A stretch of 63,670 nucleotides of DNA, filler included, from Octopus bimaculoides (GCF_001194135.2; 3 parts of 3 records of this genome joined end to end with filler, not necessarily neighbours in it), one strand, 5' to 3'. Counted from the whole stretch's first letter, positions 35,678-49,000 are shown. Translations and numbers: made by a program. The notes: a model not told the origin generated them from the sequence alone.

Positions 35678-38600
35678 GTATGTGGACTTTGTTGATGCAT
35701 CCCAGATTGGAACCCAACCATAATAAAATTAGCAACATAGTTTCTGTATTTGTTAGCAAAATTACAGGTGTTTACGTAAGGTAGGAGTAAGTGTGGTAGG
35801 TTTGGACTTTGGGTTACATGTAGGCAATGCAACCTTTTAATTTGTTGGTACTTAGAGTAGAGTTAAGGACACTTGGCTAGAAACAGTGGCTAAAGGTACT
35901 TAAAAATTACATGGCTAGATCTGGCACAAAAATGATTAGAATATATATGGTAGTGATGAAGGTTTTCTGAGACATCCTATATTCACTTTTCTAACAAAAT
36001 TTTTTATATATATACACTAAAAAATGTTTAATCTTTAAATTTACTACTAATTAAATATGCCATTCCCTTGATTAGAACTAATTATTGATTTCTCACTTTG
36101 GTTAGAACTAATTATTGATTGTCTCACTTGATATGATTTTTTAAATTCCAAAGTAAGTATCATATTTTATCAACAAACATTTTTATGAACACATGTTCAG
36201 CTTCCTACTCAACCAACCATTTATAAACTCCACTATATAAGACTATATAGTATATTTATAACCAACTACTATATAATATTATAAAATATGTAATGTGTGT
36301 GTTTATTGAATCTGGAAATTGGATTGCTACAATCTTTCTGTTATTCAAAACTGAAAGACTTTATATTGTTTATTGTGGATTTTATCCACTCACCCCTTGA
36401 AATATTGTAATTTCAAACTTGACCCCTTGACAAGATAAATTGTAAATTCCAACTTGCACATAATCTTTATACATTTATTTATTTTTTTAAACTTCATTAC
36501 TAAACTAAATAAATGTCTTTTATACAATAATGAAAGCCTTAAGGAAAAAAATTGAAAATATAATCTGATCTGAGAGTAATTTAAAATTCCAGACTATCAA
36601 TTTGTTAACCTCATCCTTCTGAGTACTCTTATTTTATTATTCTGCACTACTTTTTAGTGAGTTTATTTTCCTATCAATTTTTAATGCATCAATCAACAAA
36701 ATAGTGTAAAATACAAGAAAGATAAAGATGGGCAATTTAAAATTAATTCTAATAACTACTGACAATCTTTTCTCTTTTGCTATAATTCTTCTACAGTTAA
36801 CCTTTTTTTCTTTCTCATTATTATAATTATTTTTACATTTATTATTTTCAACACCAACTTATTTTTGGTCTTGCCTTGCACATGCTTTAGAAATAACATA
36901 GTTTGGCTTTTTTTCATTCTTGCACTTTGTTGTGGGTGATGGTCATGATGAAACTGTCATCACTAGGTGATGATGTTTGCTATAATAACAACAGTAGTAA
37001 CCACAAACAAAAGTAAACTAAATAATATATTCTAACATAACATTGAAACTAACCTTTAAAAGTTCTAAATTTAAAGTTAAACATTTCAGGATCCCCACCA
37101 ATAAAATATATCGTGCTTTGTTTCAAATTTTATTTATTCACTTTCTTATTTTAGAATTAACAGTGAGGCAGGAAAATGTTGAAAAATTTGTGTTAGTTGT
37201 TAGTATGTTGATAAGGCAGCCTTGAGTCTTCATAGAAATTCAGTATTACCCAGACTCTCACTATAATAGCTTCTATTAGTCAGATTTTATTTTCTCTCCC
37301 TATTGGCAAAATTGTTACTATAGTAACTTTAATCAGTTAGTGTTTTCCTATAGTATCATCTGTCAGATTGTCACTATAGTGAAACATGATCAGTTAATTT
37401 GTCTCTAAAAGTCCTCATTGGTCCTTCCATCAACATTAAGTCCCCTCATTGGTCTTTGTCACAGCAATAAGTCAGCTAATATTTGATGAATTACTCCTTT
37501 CCAGAAACAAAATGTCTTGTATATTGCAATCAGAAGTATCTTAGTTACCTGGAGTAACTAAGATAGTTACTCCAGGTAACAGTTGAATTAAGCATAGTAC
37601 ATGACATGTGTTTTATTGATTTAATAGGGATATAAGACTGTCTAATTCAGTTGGGTTTCAACTAAGACTGTAAAGAAACCAAAGTAAATAGTACAAACTC
37701 TCTGGTCCAGTAACCTATTTTTTCCTGCCATTACTCTGTCTTACTCTAATAATAATGACTATTATATTTCAAATATGTATATATTGGCCAAAAATCTTCT
37801 CTTCTATCACCCTCACTAAATAAGTTAAAGGTGTCCACTTCATTAAAGTAATGAAATAAACTATAGTTCAGCTACTTAATCTGAAGATATGAAATTGTAA
37901 GTCAGATGAGAAGGAAGTGGTAGAAAGCATTGCTCAATGAGGAGCTAACAAATAATTGCTCAACTTCCTGAAAATAATGATCGGAATTTTCACAAATCAT
38001 GTCCTGCAATCTGAAATAGCACTTATATACATACTGTACGATTATCGCAACTGAAACATCTTTCACCATAATTTTGTTTGACAAGTGATTTGAGAATACA
38101 ACACACACACACACAGTGGCTTTCTTCAGTTTATCTCTCAAATCCAATCACATGACTTTGGTTGGTCTGACCTGAGGCAATGTAGAAGTCACCCAGAGTG
38201 CCATGCCAGAAATACATCAGATTTAAATTCATTTCATGAGCTATGAGTTTCTAGTTTAATACCTGAATAATCTTACCATTCCCCATACTTCTTGCCCAAC
38301 TTTGTATGAAGTTCTCCTCTCTCTTGTTACTACAATGGACTTTGCACCTCTAGCTTTTATAAAGTCTCTTTCCCTTTAATGTATTCTTCCATAATTGCTT
38401 CTTATCTGAGACACCAACACTGACTTAATTTCTACAGCAAAGTAATGAACACTCTGCCCATATCTCTTAAGGTTTTTACCTGTCACAATTACATGCAATT
38501 TCCTATCACGCATTACACAACTGTTATTGAAACAATCAAATAATCCATCTGATTAACTCTTTCATGCCCTGTTTTCTAGCCTCAGCAGTTATCCGTAGCC

Positions 38601-39554
38601 CTTATACTATTATGCCCCTTTCTAACTTCATGTTTAGTCCTTGTTCTATCTTGTGTTGAATGTCTCCAAGACGTTTTTTCCCCTGTTATAGCTTTTCTTT
38701 TAAATCCCAAAACAATAGAGTAGATTCTAACACAGAACATAAACTCATTTTTAAACATTCTATCATAACCCGAAATTATCTTTTTCTAACACCTCTCAGA
38801 ATTAAACTCTTAGTGTATTCTCTTCTACCGACTCATTTTTCACAATTAAAGCATAATTACTTATACGAAGGAAGATCATCTGTGCAAGCTGGAGTGTTTT
38901 ATTCTTTTACATAATTTTATATATATCTTAACACTTTCACTGTCAGTAGCCCCATCTACCAAATGCGTTGCTCCCTAAAGGTCTCTGTTAAAAGATATCT
39001 TCCAGCTGCAGCAATTTTCTTTCTGAGTAATTTTTTTTTATCTAAACAACAAAGCTTGATAGGCAGTAATTGCCCAACAGCAGACATTGTATCCTTAATG
39101 ATCACAAATTAACGGTCTAACCAGTGTTTTTAAAACCCATGTTTAACTGTTTTCCTTATAGGGAATTAACCCTACTATCAGTGAATGTGTTACTTATTGT
39201 TATAATTTTGGGGATTTTTCACCCACATCATAACCATTTATAAACTTGTATTAACAATATTCTCTGGTGAATTATAAACCATTTTCAGGGGTTCTGTGTT
39301 GTTTCCCCTCATTTTGCTTTGTCATTTTTAAACCCTTTTTTTCCTCTCTTTCATCATTGTAACAAACCTCCAAGAACTATTGTAAATTCTAGGTCAGCAA
39401 AAAAAGGCTACCATGGTTTCTTTTTTTTTTTTTTTGTAGTTTATTTTTTATATCATTACCCAATTCTCCTTTGTCCCCCTTTATTTTCATCATTGACAGT
39501 CAAACAACTCTCTTCTACTGAACCATTCTATTGTATTCATTTTATTATTTTCAG

Positions 39555-39647
39555 AGCTTGTTAGCCATAGAACTACTGAACTTGCACAAGCAAGAGACCG
39601 ACTTTCTGAAGAAATGGAGAGTAACCAACACACGCCATCAGCGACGG
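39555..39647 (+). CDS. 93-nt symmetric phase-1 exon (E)LVSHRTTELAQARDRLSEEMESNQHTPSAT(G/E)
   Basis: Acceptor cattttattattttcag|, donor ACGG|gtgtgt; 21 of 30 full codons end in A/T in this frame versus 12 of 31 in the also-open phase-0 frame. Confidence 0.7.
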
Positions 39648-40307
39648 GTGTGTAGACTTTGTGAACCTTGTCAACAGCATGTTTAACAAAGTATAATCTC
39701 TTTCAAAAAAGTTAATAATAATAATGATAATAATAATAATAATATTATGCATGCCATTGGTCAACTAATTTTTTTTTTTTTTTNNNNNNNNNNNNNNNNN
39801 NNNNNNNNNNNNNNNNNNNNNNNNNNNNNNNNNNNNNNNNNNNNNNNNNNNNNNNNNNNNNNNNNNNNNNNNNNNNNNNNNNNNNNNNNNNNNNNNNNNN
39901 NNNNNNNNNNNNNNNNNNNNNNNNNNNNNNNNNNNNNNNNNNNNNNNNNNNNNNNNNNNNNNNNNNNNNNNNNNNNNNNNNNNNNNNNNNNNNNNNNNNN
40001 NNNNNNNNNNNNNNNNNNNNNNNNNNNNNNNNNNNNNNNNNNNNNNNNNNNNNNNNNNNNNNNNNNNNNNNNNNNNNNNNNNNNNNNNNNNNNNNNNNNN
40101 NNNNNNNNNNNNNNNNNNNNNNNNNNNNNNNNNNNNNNNNNNNNNNNNNNNNNNNNNNNNNNNNNNNNNNNNNNNNNNNNNNNNNNNNNNNNNNNNNNNN
40201 NNNNNNNNNNNNNNNNNNNNNNNNNNNNNNNNNNNNNNNNNNNNNNNNNNNNNNNNNNNNNNNNNNNNNNNNNNNNNNNNNNNNNNNNNNNNNNNNNNNN
40301 NNNNNNN

Positions 40308-40346
<39 letters not shown>

Positions 40347-41415
40347 GGACCATACATATACATACGTATATGTTTCTTGATACAGTGTATAATTTAAATT
40401 CTAGATCTTTTGGATTAGTTTGAGTGTGTGTATGTATGTGAATGAAGACTATTTCCAGTCGTTCAAGCTAGTCTATTTCTACCTCATAGTAAAGATGGCT
40501 GTTCACCAACTCCAGTGTTCAAACTCATTCAAGGAAACAGATTTCACCTCACTGTACCATACTGCAAACTTTCAATTTTCGCATTTCGATAATTCATCAA
40601 ATTTGTAACACTCTGGAAGGGTGGGGAGGAAACAGAACAATGCAGAAGGTTGATAGAAAACCAGCCCTTCTTCTCATCTAAAAAAATTTAAATATGGCTA
40701 TATGTTTTTCGGCAGAGAACAGTGAAGTATTCTTCACATGCTGGTCTTTGGTCATTAATGTTTTCTTTTCATCTTGGCCTGTGACTTTTCAACATTTTTT
40801 ATCTTTTATTTTTAATTCTTGCACTAAAATCTTTATCTTTATTATTTGTTTGTCTATCTTTTTTTTATATATTAAAAATAAGATTGATTAAATTGGGTTG
40901 GAAATGCGTTTGTAAACATTGAGATTACAGCAGTTGGGTGGGCTACATTTGGAGAGGGATTTAGTGGGTTTCATCTGTGAGTTCTTTTTTTAAGAAAAAA
41001 AAGCATTATCTGGGTGTTTTATTGTGCAAATTTTAATGTATTCTTCAATCTGACAGACTGATTATATCAGTAACAAACTCTCTTGCTATTCATGTTTCTT
41101 ATTATGCAGATTTCATACTTTGGAGTATATTGGCAAAAATCTTCCTAAACTTATAAAGCTTTCTGTCTTAATCTTTAAAACTAAGCCAGATTTTGCTCTG
41201 AATTTTTCCACAGTATGTTCGTGTCATGAATATATTTTCAAGTTTTAATTTTCAAACTCATTTCCACTTTATAATTTTGATAAGGGCCATCTTAACGTAA
41301 ATTAAACTTCAAAGTAAGATTTTTAACAAATCCAAGTCAAGGGTTTTTTTCCCCTTTATATTTATTTTTGTATGTGTGTGTGTGTGTGGCCAAAAAATTT
41401 TGTGTAGCGTTGCAG

Positions 41416-41455
41416 AAAGTTCTAAGTCGGAGCATATAGACACTGTGTCAAGATG
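41416..41455 (+). CDS. Candidate 40-nt exon (E)SSKSEHIDTVSR(W), phase 1 to 2
   Basis: ttgcag| and TG|gtcagc; links 39647 to 43638 in frame. Confidence 0.4.
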
Positions 41456-42044
41456 GTCAGCAATGCCAGTTTACTTGGGCTTCTTGATTCCACTTGATCT
41501 TCCAAAACTCAAGTTTTTCAAGTTGGGCCTTCTAAAGCAACTGAGCAAAAGCATGTGTGTGTATGTATGCATATATGTACATATATATATGTGTGTCTGT
41601 GTCTGTGTGTGTATCTATCTATATGTGTAAATTTTTCAAAGTATAACAATATAGTATTATAATTTTTCAGTATATTTCAAATATTTGAGGTTCATCTTTT
41701 TTCTGATTTTCTTTTTTCTTTTCTTCTCTTTGGTTTTTTTCAACTTTAGCAATTTTTCTTCTATATCTCTGCCTTCCTCACTTCACTTCTATACTCCCTT
41801 TTTTATTCTTGCAGTATCACAAGACTTGATTCAAAATTTCTTTTTTCAAATTTTGTTAATGATATTTTGGTTTATATGATACTGTTTGTATATGATATAC
41901 ATTCAAAAATTAGAGTTGTCAGCTAGAGACCAAAATATACCTACTATACAAATTTACACTAGAAATTTTCAAATTTATTTATACATATATATATATTAGC
42001 TTTTATTATTATCATCAAACTATTATTATTGTTGTTGTTGTTAG

Positions 42045-42330
42045 GGAAGTGGTTTGGCGGAATCATTAGAACATTGACAAAATGCCTTGTGGTATTTAGT
42101 TATTGCTCATTGTATTCTGAGATCAAATCCTGCAGAGGTCAACTTTGCTTTTCATCCTATTGATGGGGATGGGGGTGAAACAAGAACCAGTTAAGTACTG
42201 GGGTTGATATGATCTACTGTTCCCTCTCCACCCAAAAATTTCTGGCCTTGTGCCTATGTAATTATTGTTGTTGTTATTATTATTATTATTATGATTATTA
42301 TTATTATTATTACTATTATTATTATTATTA
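42045..42330 (+). mobile_element. Family A SINE with (ATT)n tail
   Basis: Collinear with 1110-1322. Confidence 0.75.
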
Positions 42331-43637
42331 TCAGTAAGTTTAGACTTCAAATTTCATTGTAAATTTGAATTTTTTTCCATAATATTCTGCTCTCACCTGC
42401 TATTTTTATTTGAAGAATATTTTTTTCTTAAAACAACCAATATAATATTAAAAGTGATAATGACAGTTTTGAAAATGATAATGTTAACAAAATTTTTCTT
42501 CGGCTTCTAATTTTTTCCTTTTTTTTTNNNNNNNNNNNNNNNNNNNNNNNNNNNNNNNNNNNNNNNNNNNNNNNNNNNNNNNNNNNNNNNNNNNNNNNNN
42601 NNNNNNNNNNNNNNNNNNNNNNNNNNNNNNNNNNNNNNNNNNNNNNNNNNNNNNNNNNNNNNNNNNNNNNNNNNNNNNNNNNNNNNNNNNNNNNNNNNNN
42701 NNNNNNNNNNNNNNNNNNNNNNNNNNNNNNNNNNNNNNNNNNNNNNNNNNNNNNNNNNNNNNNNNNNNNNNNNNNNNNNNNNNNNNNNNNNNNNNNNNNN
42801 NNNNNNNNNNNNNNNNNNNNNNNNNNNNNNNNNNNNNNNNNNNNNNNNNNNNNNNNNNNNNNNNNNNNNNNNNNNNNNNNNNNNNNNNNNNNNNNNNNNN
42901 NNNNNNNNNNNNNNNNNNNNNNNNNNNNNNNNNNNNNCTAATTGACCTAGCTATTCCATATGAAGAAAAAAAAAAAATAACAGTAATTAAATATATATAA
43001 ATTTTTAAAAAGAGCAAAAAGAACTCCTTACTCATGGTGCTTGTGATGTTTTTCTGTTGGCTCTCTCCTTGAGGGACATTAAGATTCTTGGCTTTAAAGA
43101 ACATTAATTTTTTTTGTTGTTGATTTTTTTTTTTTTACTTCCTTATAAAGGGTGTAGTTACGGGGATTTTTATATTGTATGGAAAACTATAGTAGTTTTG
43201 AAATAATACCATGGTAGAACAGTATTTGTAGCTTTAACATGATAGCTGGGGGATACTTGTAGCTATGACTCGTAATAACATAAGGTAAGGACATTGTTAG
43301 TTATAGAGTTAACATTTGATTGGGTAACTAGTAACTATGGCTCCAGCAGTCCAGAGTAAGAAGACATTGAGCTGTCATAATTTTAATATTCTAGGACTTA
43401 AGTGGCTCCAAGTAAATTATTATCATTATTATTATTATTAATATTATTATTATTAGTAGTAGTAGTAATTTACATGTATGTATATGTATGAGTGTGGGTA
43501 AAGAAATTATTGTTAAAAATTTTAAAAAAAAAAGAAAAAAGATGTTACAAAGTTGTGGAGCCTCCCACTGCCTCATGGTCTGGTGTATAAAACTGTAACC
43601 CATCTGAAATACAAATCTTCCATGTTGTTTACTCTAG

Positions 43638-43668
43638 GGATTCACTAGAGATTGTAGATCCATTCTGA
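43638..43668 (+). CDS. Candidate last coding exon (W)DSLEIVDPF*
   Basis: Acceptor cttccatgttgtttactctag|; phase-2 entry; TGA at 43666-43668; AT-rich UTR-like sequence follows with AATAAA near 44758. Confidence 0.4.
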
Positions 43669-44301
43669 GGTATTTTTGTAAGAAAAACCACCATTTAACT
43701 TATTATTCCAATATCATGGATCCATATTTTGCTGCATTTCACCAAATTCTTCAGACAGCAAACCATAGTTTATATATATATATATATATATCCCCCTCAC
43801 ACAAGAGAATTGTTTAATCTACAGAGAAAAGGGCAAGAATACATATAGTATTCTGTGTTATTGATATATTATATAATCTTTATAACCAATAAGTCAAATG
43901 GGTGTTAATTGATCTATTTTTGAATGATATTTAAAAAACGTCTTTTAATAAATATATATGTATATATATATACATATATATACATATATATTTCTTTTCA
44001 TTTTTTTTCCTCTCCTACTATTTATCTTTCTATTATCTAATAAACTGCTACTTATTTGGAGCCCAAAGGGTTAAATGATAAATACCTGTGCAATTTTTTT
44101 GATCAGTTTGACATTCTCACCTGACTGAAGAGTTCTTATATAACATTGTTATATTTTATCGTTTCAAGCATAAATTGCCTTTTTACTAATCTCAAAGATT
44201 GTATGGACAAACTTTTCTCTGCCTACTCCTCACTTTATTTCTTTTTTTTTTTTTTTTTCTCTTTCCCTTCTCTCCTTGTGTGTGACACATCTCTCTTGAT
44301 C

Positions 44302-44375
<74 letters not shown>

Positions 44376-45186
44376 TCACACATATATATACATATACATA
44401 CTAGTTTGTGTGTTTATGTATGCATGTATGTGTATTTATATAGGTGTATATGTGTATACATAAATACACACACTCTGCACATTTGTGTGTGTATATATAT
44501 ATTTATGTATGTATATATGTATATACACATACACACACTTGCTCTCTATCTGTGTCTCTATCTTTCTATTTCTTAGACTTTCTCATGTCCTGCTAGGCAG
44601 CTTGGCTTAGCTTTGCCAAGTTCCACTGCAATGTTGCCTCATAATGCTGCATGCTTAACTATTGTTTTATTTTTTTTTTTTACATTTTTTCCTCCTCCTC
44701 CTTCTCCTTGTGTCTTTCCTTCTTCCATATACATGTTGTCATTTCATGTGTAATATGAATAAATTTGATGTGCCTTTTTGTATTGCTCTTAATATTATGT
44801 TTGTTTATTCTTAACATTAAACAAAGCAAAAAAAAAAATTGAACGAAAAGCAAAATCTTCCTGTTTAAGTTGATGATGTTGTAAGTTATTGTCTTGATAT
44901 ATATATATATTCTGTAATATATATAATATATATAAATATTTATATATATCTATATATATTTACTTTGGTTTACACCAAGAGCATCCATCATAGATTAATA
45001 ACTTAGTCATATTGTTACATACTGTTAAAATATAGATATTTAATTTAACTACATTTTTAAATGTATTTAATGTTTCTAATTTTCTTGTGTATTTATTGAT
45101 CTCATAGGGAAGGGACTGCTTTGTAACATGGCTTCCTTTAATATATTTCATCACTAAAAATTTTCCTATTCTGTTTAAAGCAAAAT

Positions 45187-45222
<36 letters not shown>

Positions 45223-45562
45223 ATTGAGAGAACGCTAACCATTTGCAATATGTACTAACATCTTCTCATCTCTCACTCTCTGAGTTTCACACAGCATTTA
45301 TATTTCCATATTTTTAATTCTTTCCATTCTAAATCTAATGAATCAAAAGTCATCTCTCAAGCTATTAACATTTAAAGTGCATCTTTCTTAACTCCATTAA
45401 TTCTTAAAAGTTTTCTTCCTTGATTGTTGCTTTGGTGTGAACCAATTTACTTGCATAAATCACATCTGATTCATAACTGGGTAAACACTAAACACATACA
45501 ACTGAATAACATAACCTTGGGTAAAACTCATTTAATACAAAAGCTGCTGCGTCTAATACACA

Positions 45563-45635
<73 letters not shown>

Positions 45636-46044
45636 ATATATGTGCATGTATATATATATAATATGTACATATATATGCATATATGTATTATAATAATTTT
45701 TTAATACTACTAAATAAATGGTGAATATTACTGCATGAAAAATGCAAAACTGATAAATTACCAGATAAGGATAAAAGCAATATGAGCAACTTAAAATGCA
45801 TGGATATTCACAATTGGCCACTTGTTACATAATGGATTTCAGAAGGAAGATAATGATGCCTGATCTCATGAATGATAATTAACTGAAGATTAATTTATCA
45901 TTAGCTTAAAAGAGTTCCATTTCTTCAAGGCTGCAAGAATGCATGCTGCCATTTTGGTCAATGGCCAAGCTCTGTGGGATGGACTTCAATCAAACCTGTT
46001 CTCTATAGAAATTAACTGTTATTTGTGAATGTGTGATTTTCCAG

Positions 46045-49000
46045 AGGCAGACATTGCAGATGGCCAAATGATAACTCATGACTACACACTTGACAGTTCC
46101 TTTGAAAGCCAACGGATTCCTGATGACTCTGAATTGCAGAGTGTTGAAGTAGAAGATATCTATTATGAGCGCTCCTTAACTCCATTGTTGGGAAGAGAAT
46201 CTGATATGGTATGGAGAAATGAATGCCAGCAGAGGGATAGGAAAAATTCTTATCTCTCTGAGAATTTCCAGGAACTTGACAGTGTGCGCAGTCATAATTA
46301 TCTCCCACAACTGAAGCATTTTCACAGAGAAACAGATGAGTTTTCTTCTACTCAATCCATGCTAATTGATTCCAGATATTCAATGTCTTCAAACTTGAAA
46401 GAGAAGCCTTTCAACCTAAATTCACACATTCATGATGAATCCTTACACGAAGAGGAATCAATCGTTTCACACGCGGAGACCTCCCATTCCATATCATCAA
46501 ACATATCGGATGATTATGATAACAGTTCCACGTCCTCCTGTATTACTGTTGTTGCTGCTGATACACCAGCTATCCAAAGTTCCTCTGTTGAACAACTTGA
46601 CCCAGTATTAGGCTCCTTTGAAACAAATTTAGCTCCAGAGAAGTGTTCAGAGATTGAAAATAGTTCCAATGATACACACATTCATTACAAAGCACCATCT
46701 TCACAGCAAATGAACAATTTCAGACCACCCATTTTTCCCTTTCCCCCTCATCCAACGTATTCTAATGCATATAACTATGGTGGAATGCCTTGGTATATGT
46801 CAGGTACAGGCAAAAGCTTCCCACATATGTACAACCAACACAAGAGTCTTCCAGGCATGTATAACTACAATAGAATGCCTTTTCACAAGCATTACTCAAA
46901 CAGAAATGCTGAAGACCCCTCTGACTTTGATAACATGTCTGAGTACTCGTGTGTCCTAGACAGAAATATTATGGACACACGTGACATAGGCAGCAAGTCT
47001 CGCTACTCAAGTGAGCAAGATATAAACTCACAGAGTTTGGGTGGATATAACCTAAAAAGAGGATCTCTGGAAACATTTGACATAGACAGGCAGTCTGTAG
47101 ATACTTTCAATGCAAAGAGGAAATCTCTTGACACTAGCCGTGACAATGTATCCCAAGATTCCTTTAACTCTGACTCTTCACATAGAAAGGTATCTGGTTG
47201 TGTGCAACATGCTCCAAGCGCATTCAGTTATGACAGTGACTCACTGGATATTTATAAGGATGATAGCATGAGACTTCTTGATACCTACGACATTGAGCCT
47301 TTGTCACCAGACTTGGATTGCTATAGCTTGACTTCTGATTTGTACGAACATGACAACATGCCATCCAATAGATATGATACCAATGAAATGAATTCTATCA
47401 GAATGAGCCTTAGTGCACGGGACAGTAATACAATTCTATCAGACACATATGACTCTGGTAGAATGACTCCAGATGTGTATGACTCACATAAAATGACAGC
47501 TAATGCAAATGACTCATGTAGAGTAACAGCTGAAGCATATGATTCGCATAAAATGATGGCTGATACATATGACACACATAGAATGACAGCTGATTTGTAC
47601 GACTCATGTAGAATAACAGCTGATTCATATGACTCTCGTAGAATGAAAGCTGATTTATGTGACTCTCGTAGAATGACAGCTGATTTGTATGACTCTCGTA
47701 GAATGACAGCTGATTTGTATGACTCTCGTAGAATGACAGGTGATTCATATGACTCTCGTAGAATGACAGCTGATTCATCTGACTTGCATAGAATGACAGC
47801 TGATTCATATGACTCACGTAGAATGAAAGCTGATTCATGTGACTCTCATAGAATGACAGCTGATTTGTATGACTCTCGTAGAATGACAGCTGATTCATAT
47901 GACTCTCGTAGAATGACAGCTGATTCATATGACTCTCGTAGAATGACAGCTGATTCATATGACTCACGTAGAATGACAGCTGATACATCTGGCTCACATA
48001 GAATGACATGTAACTCTCATAGATTGACAGCTAATGCATATGACTCTCAGAGAATAACAGCTGATACTTATAACTCAGGTACAATGACAGGTGATATGTA
48101 TGACTCACATACAATGACAGGTGACATGTATAACTCAAGTACAATGACAGCTGATACATATGACTTGTGTAGTGTGATATCTGATACATATGACTCCCAT
48201 CAAATAACAGCCAATAGATATAACCTCCATAGAACAACAGCTGACACATATGACTCTAGTAGAATAACAACTAATGCATATGACTCTAGTAGAATGACCA
48301 CTGATACAAATGACTATAATATTGTGTCGCATGATTCCTATGATTCTGGCAGACTGTCACCAGACACATATGACTGTCATAGTTTATCACAATATATGTA
48401 TGACTATGATAGACATTCACCAGATACATACAGCTTAGATCAAATGTCTGCTGATTCATGCTGTGAGGAAGAATATGATGAAGTCTTTTCCTCACAAAAT
48501 AATCCATTAGCTACAGACACTGCTCCAGACTTCTATTGTTCCAGAACCTCACCTGGATCATTTAAAGAAAACCCTGCACTTCTTCATAGTAATATTTACA
48601 AACCAAGGAGTTTCTTTAAAAAGTGTGACAACCAGCGGCCACCAGTTAAAAATATGTATAACATGTTGCCCTCCAGGGGCTATCACACACCTGTTGTTCC
48701 TAACAGAGGTTCAGTGTTCTACAGAAGATTTAATACTGGAAGCTGTTGTGATGACAGTGATGAAAGTGATGCTTTGTCACTTGAAAGTCTAATTAATGAT
48801 GATCCCAATGAGAGGAATAGTGACATAAATGGCACTGATGGTCTGTTTGTAAACAACCATGATTTAGGGTTATTTTCTGATCTGCAACGTAGACTTAGCC
48901 AGACAAAGGACAAGGGCATACCCAACTGTGATGACTTCATATACCCAACAAGTGCTAGGAATCAACAGTTTTCTAGTCAAAATGCTTTCAATGTTGATAA

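Noticed and set aside
36068-36130. About 29-bp tandem duplication (also 14375-14420 and 16083-16105)
   Set aside because: Ordinary slippage duplications in intronic DNA with no further structure.
36925-36965. ATGATGA-containing stem-loop as a C/D snoRNA or SECIS
   Set aside because: No suitably placed D box or terminal stem, and too short for a SECIS.
37902-38010. Minus-strand peptide LQDMICENSDHYFQE after a good acceptor
   Set aside because: No convincing donor and no linkable neighbour.
39555-39647. Phase-0 reading SLLAIELLNLHKQETDF...
   Set aside because: Open, but third-position usage is atypical for this AT-rich genome and it does not join the downstream phase-1 acceptors.
47500-48009. 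Minus-strand ORF (QLSFYESHMN repeats)
   Set aside because: Antisense shadow of the coding repeat.
47442-48452. 30-bp repeats as a CRISPR array
   Set aside because: Head-to-tail units with no unique spacers, in frame within a eukaryotic ORF, no cas genes.
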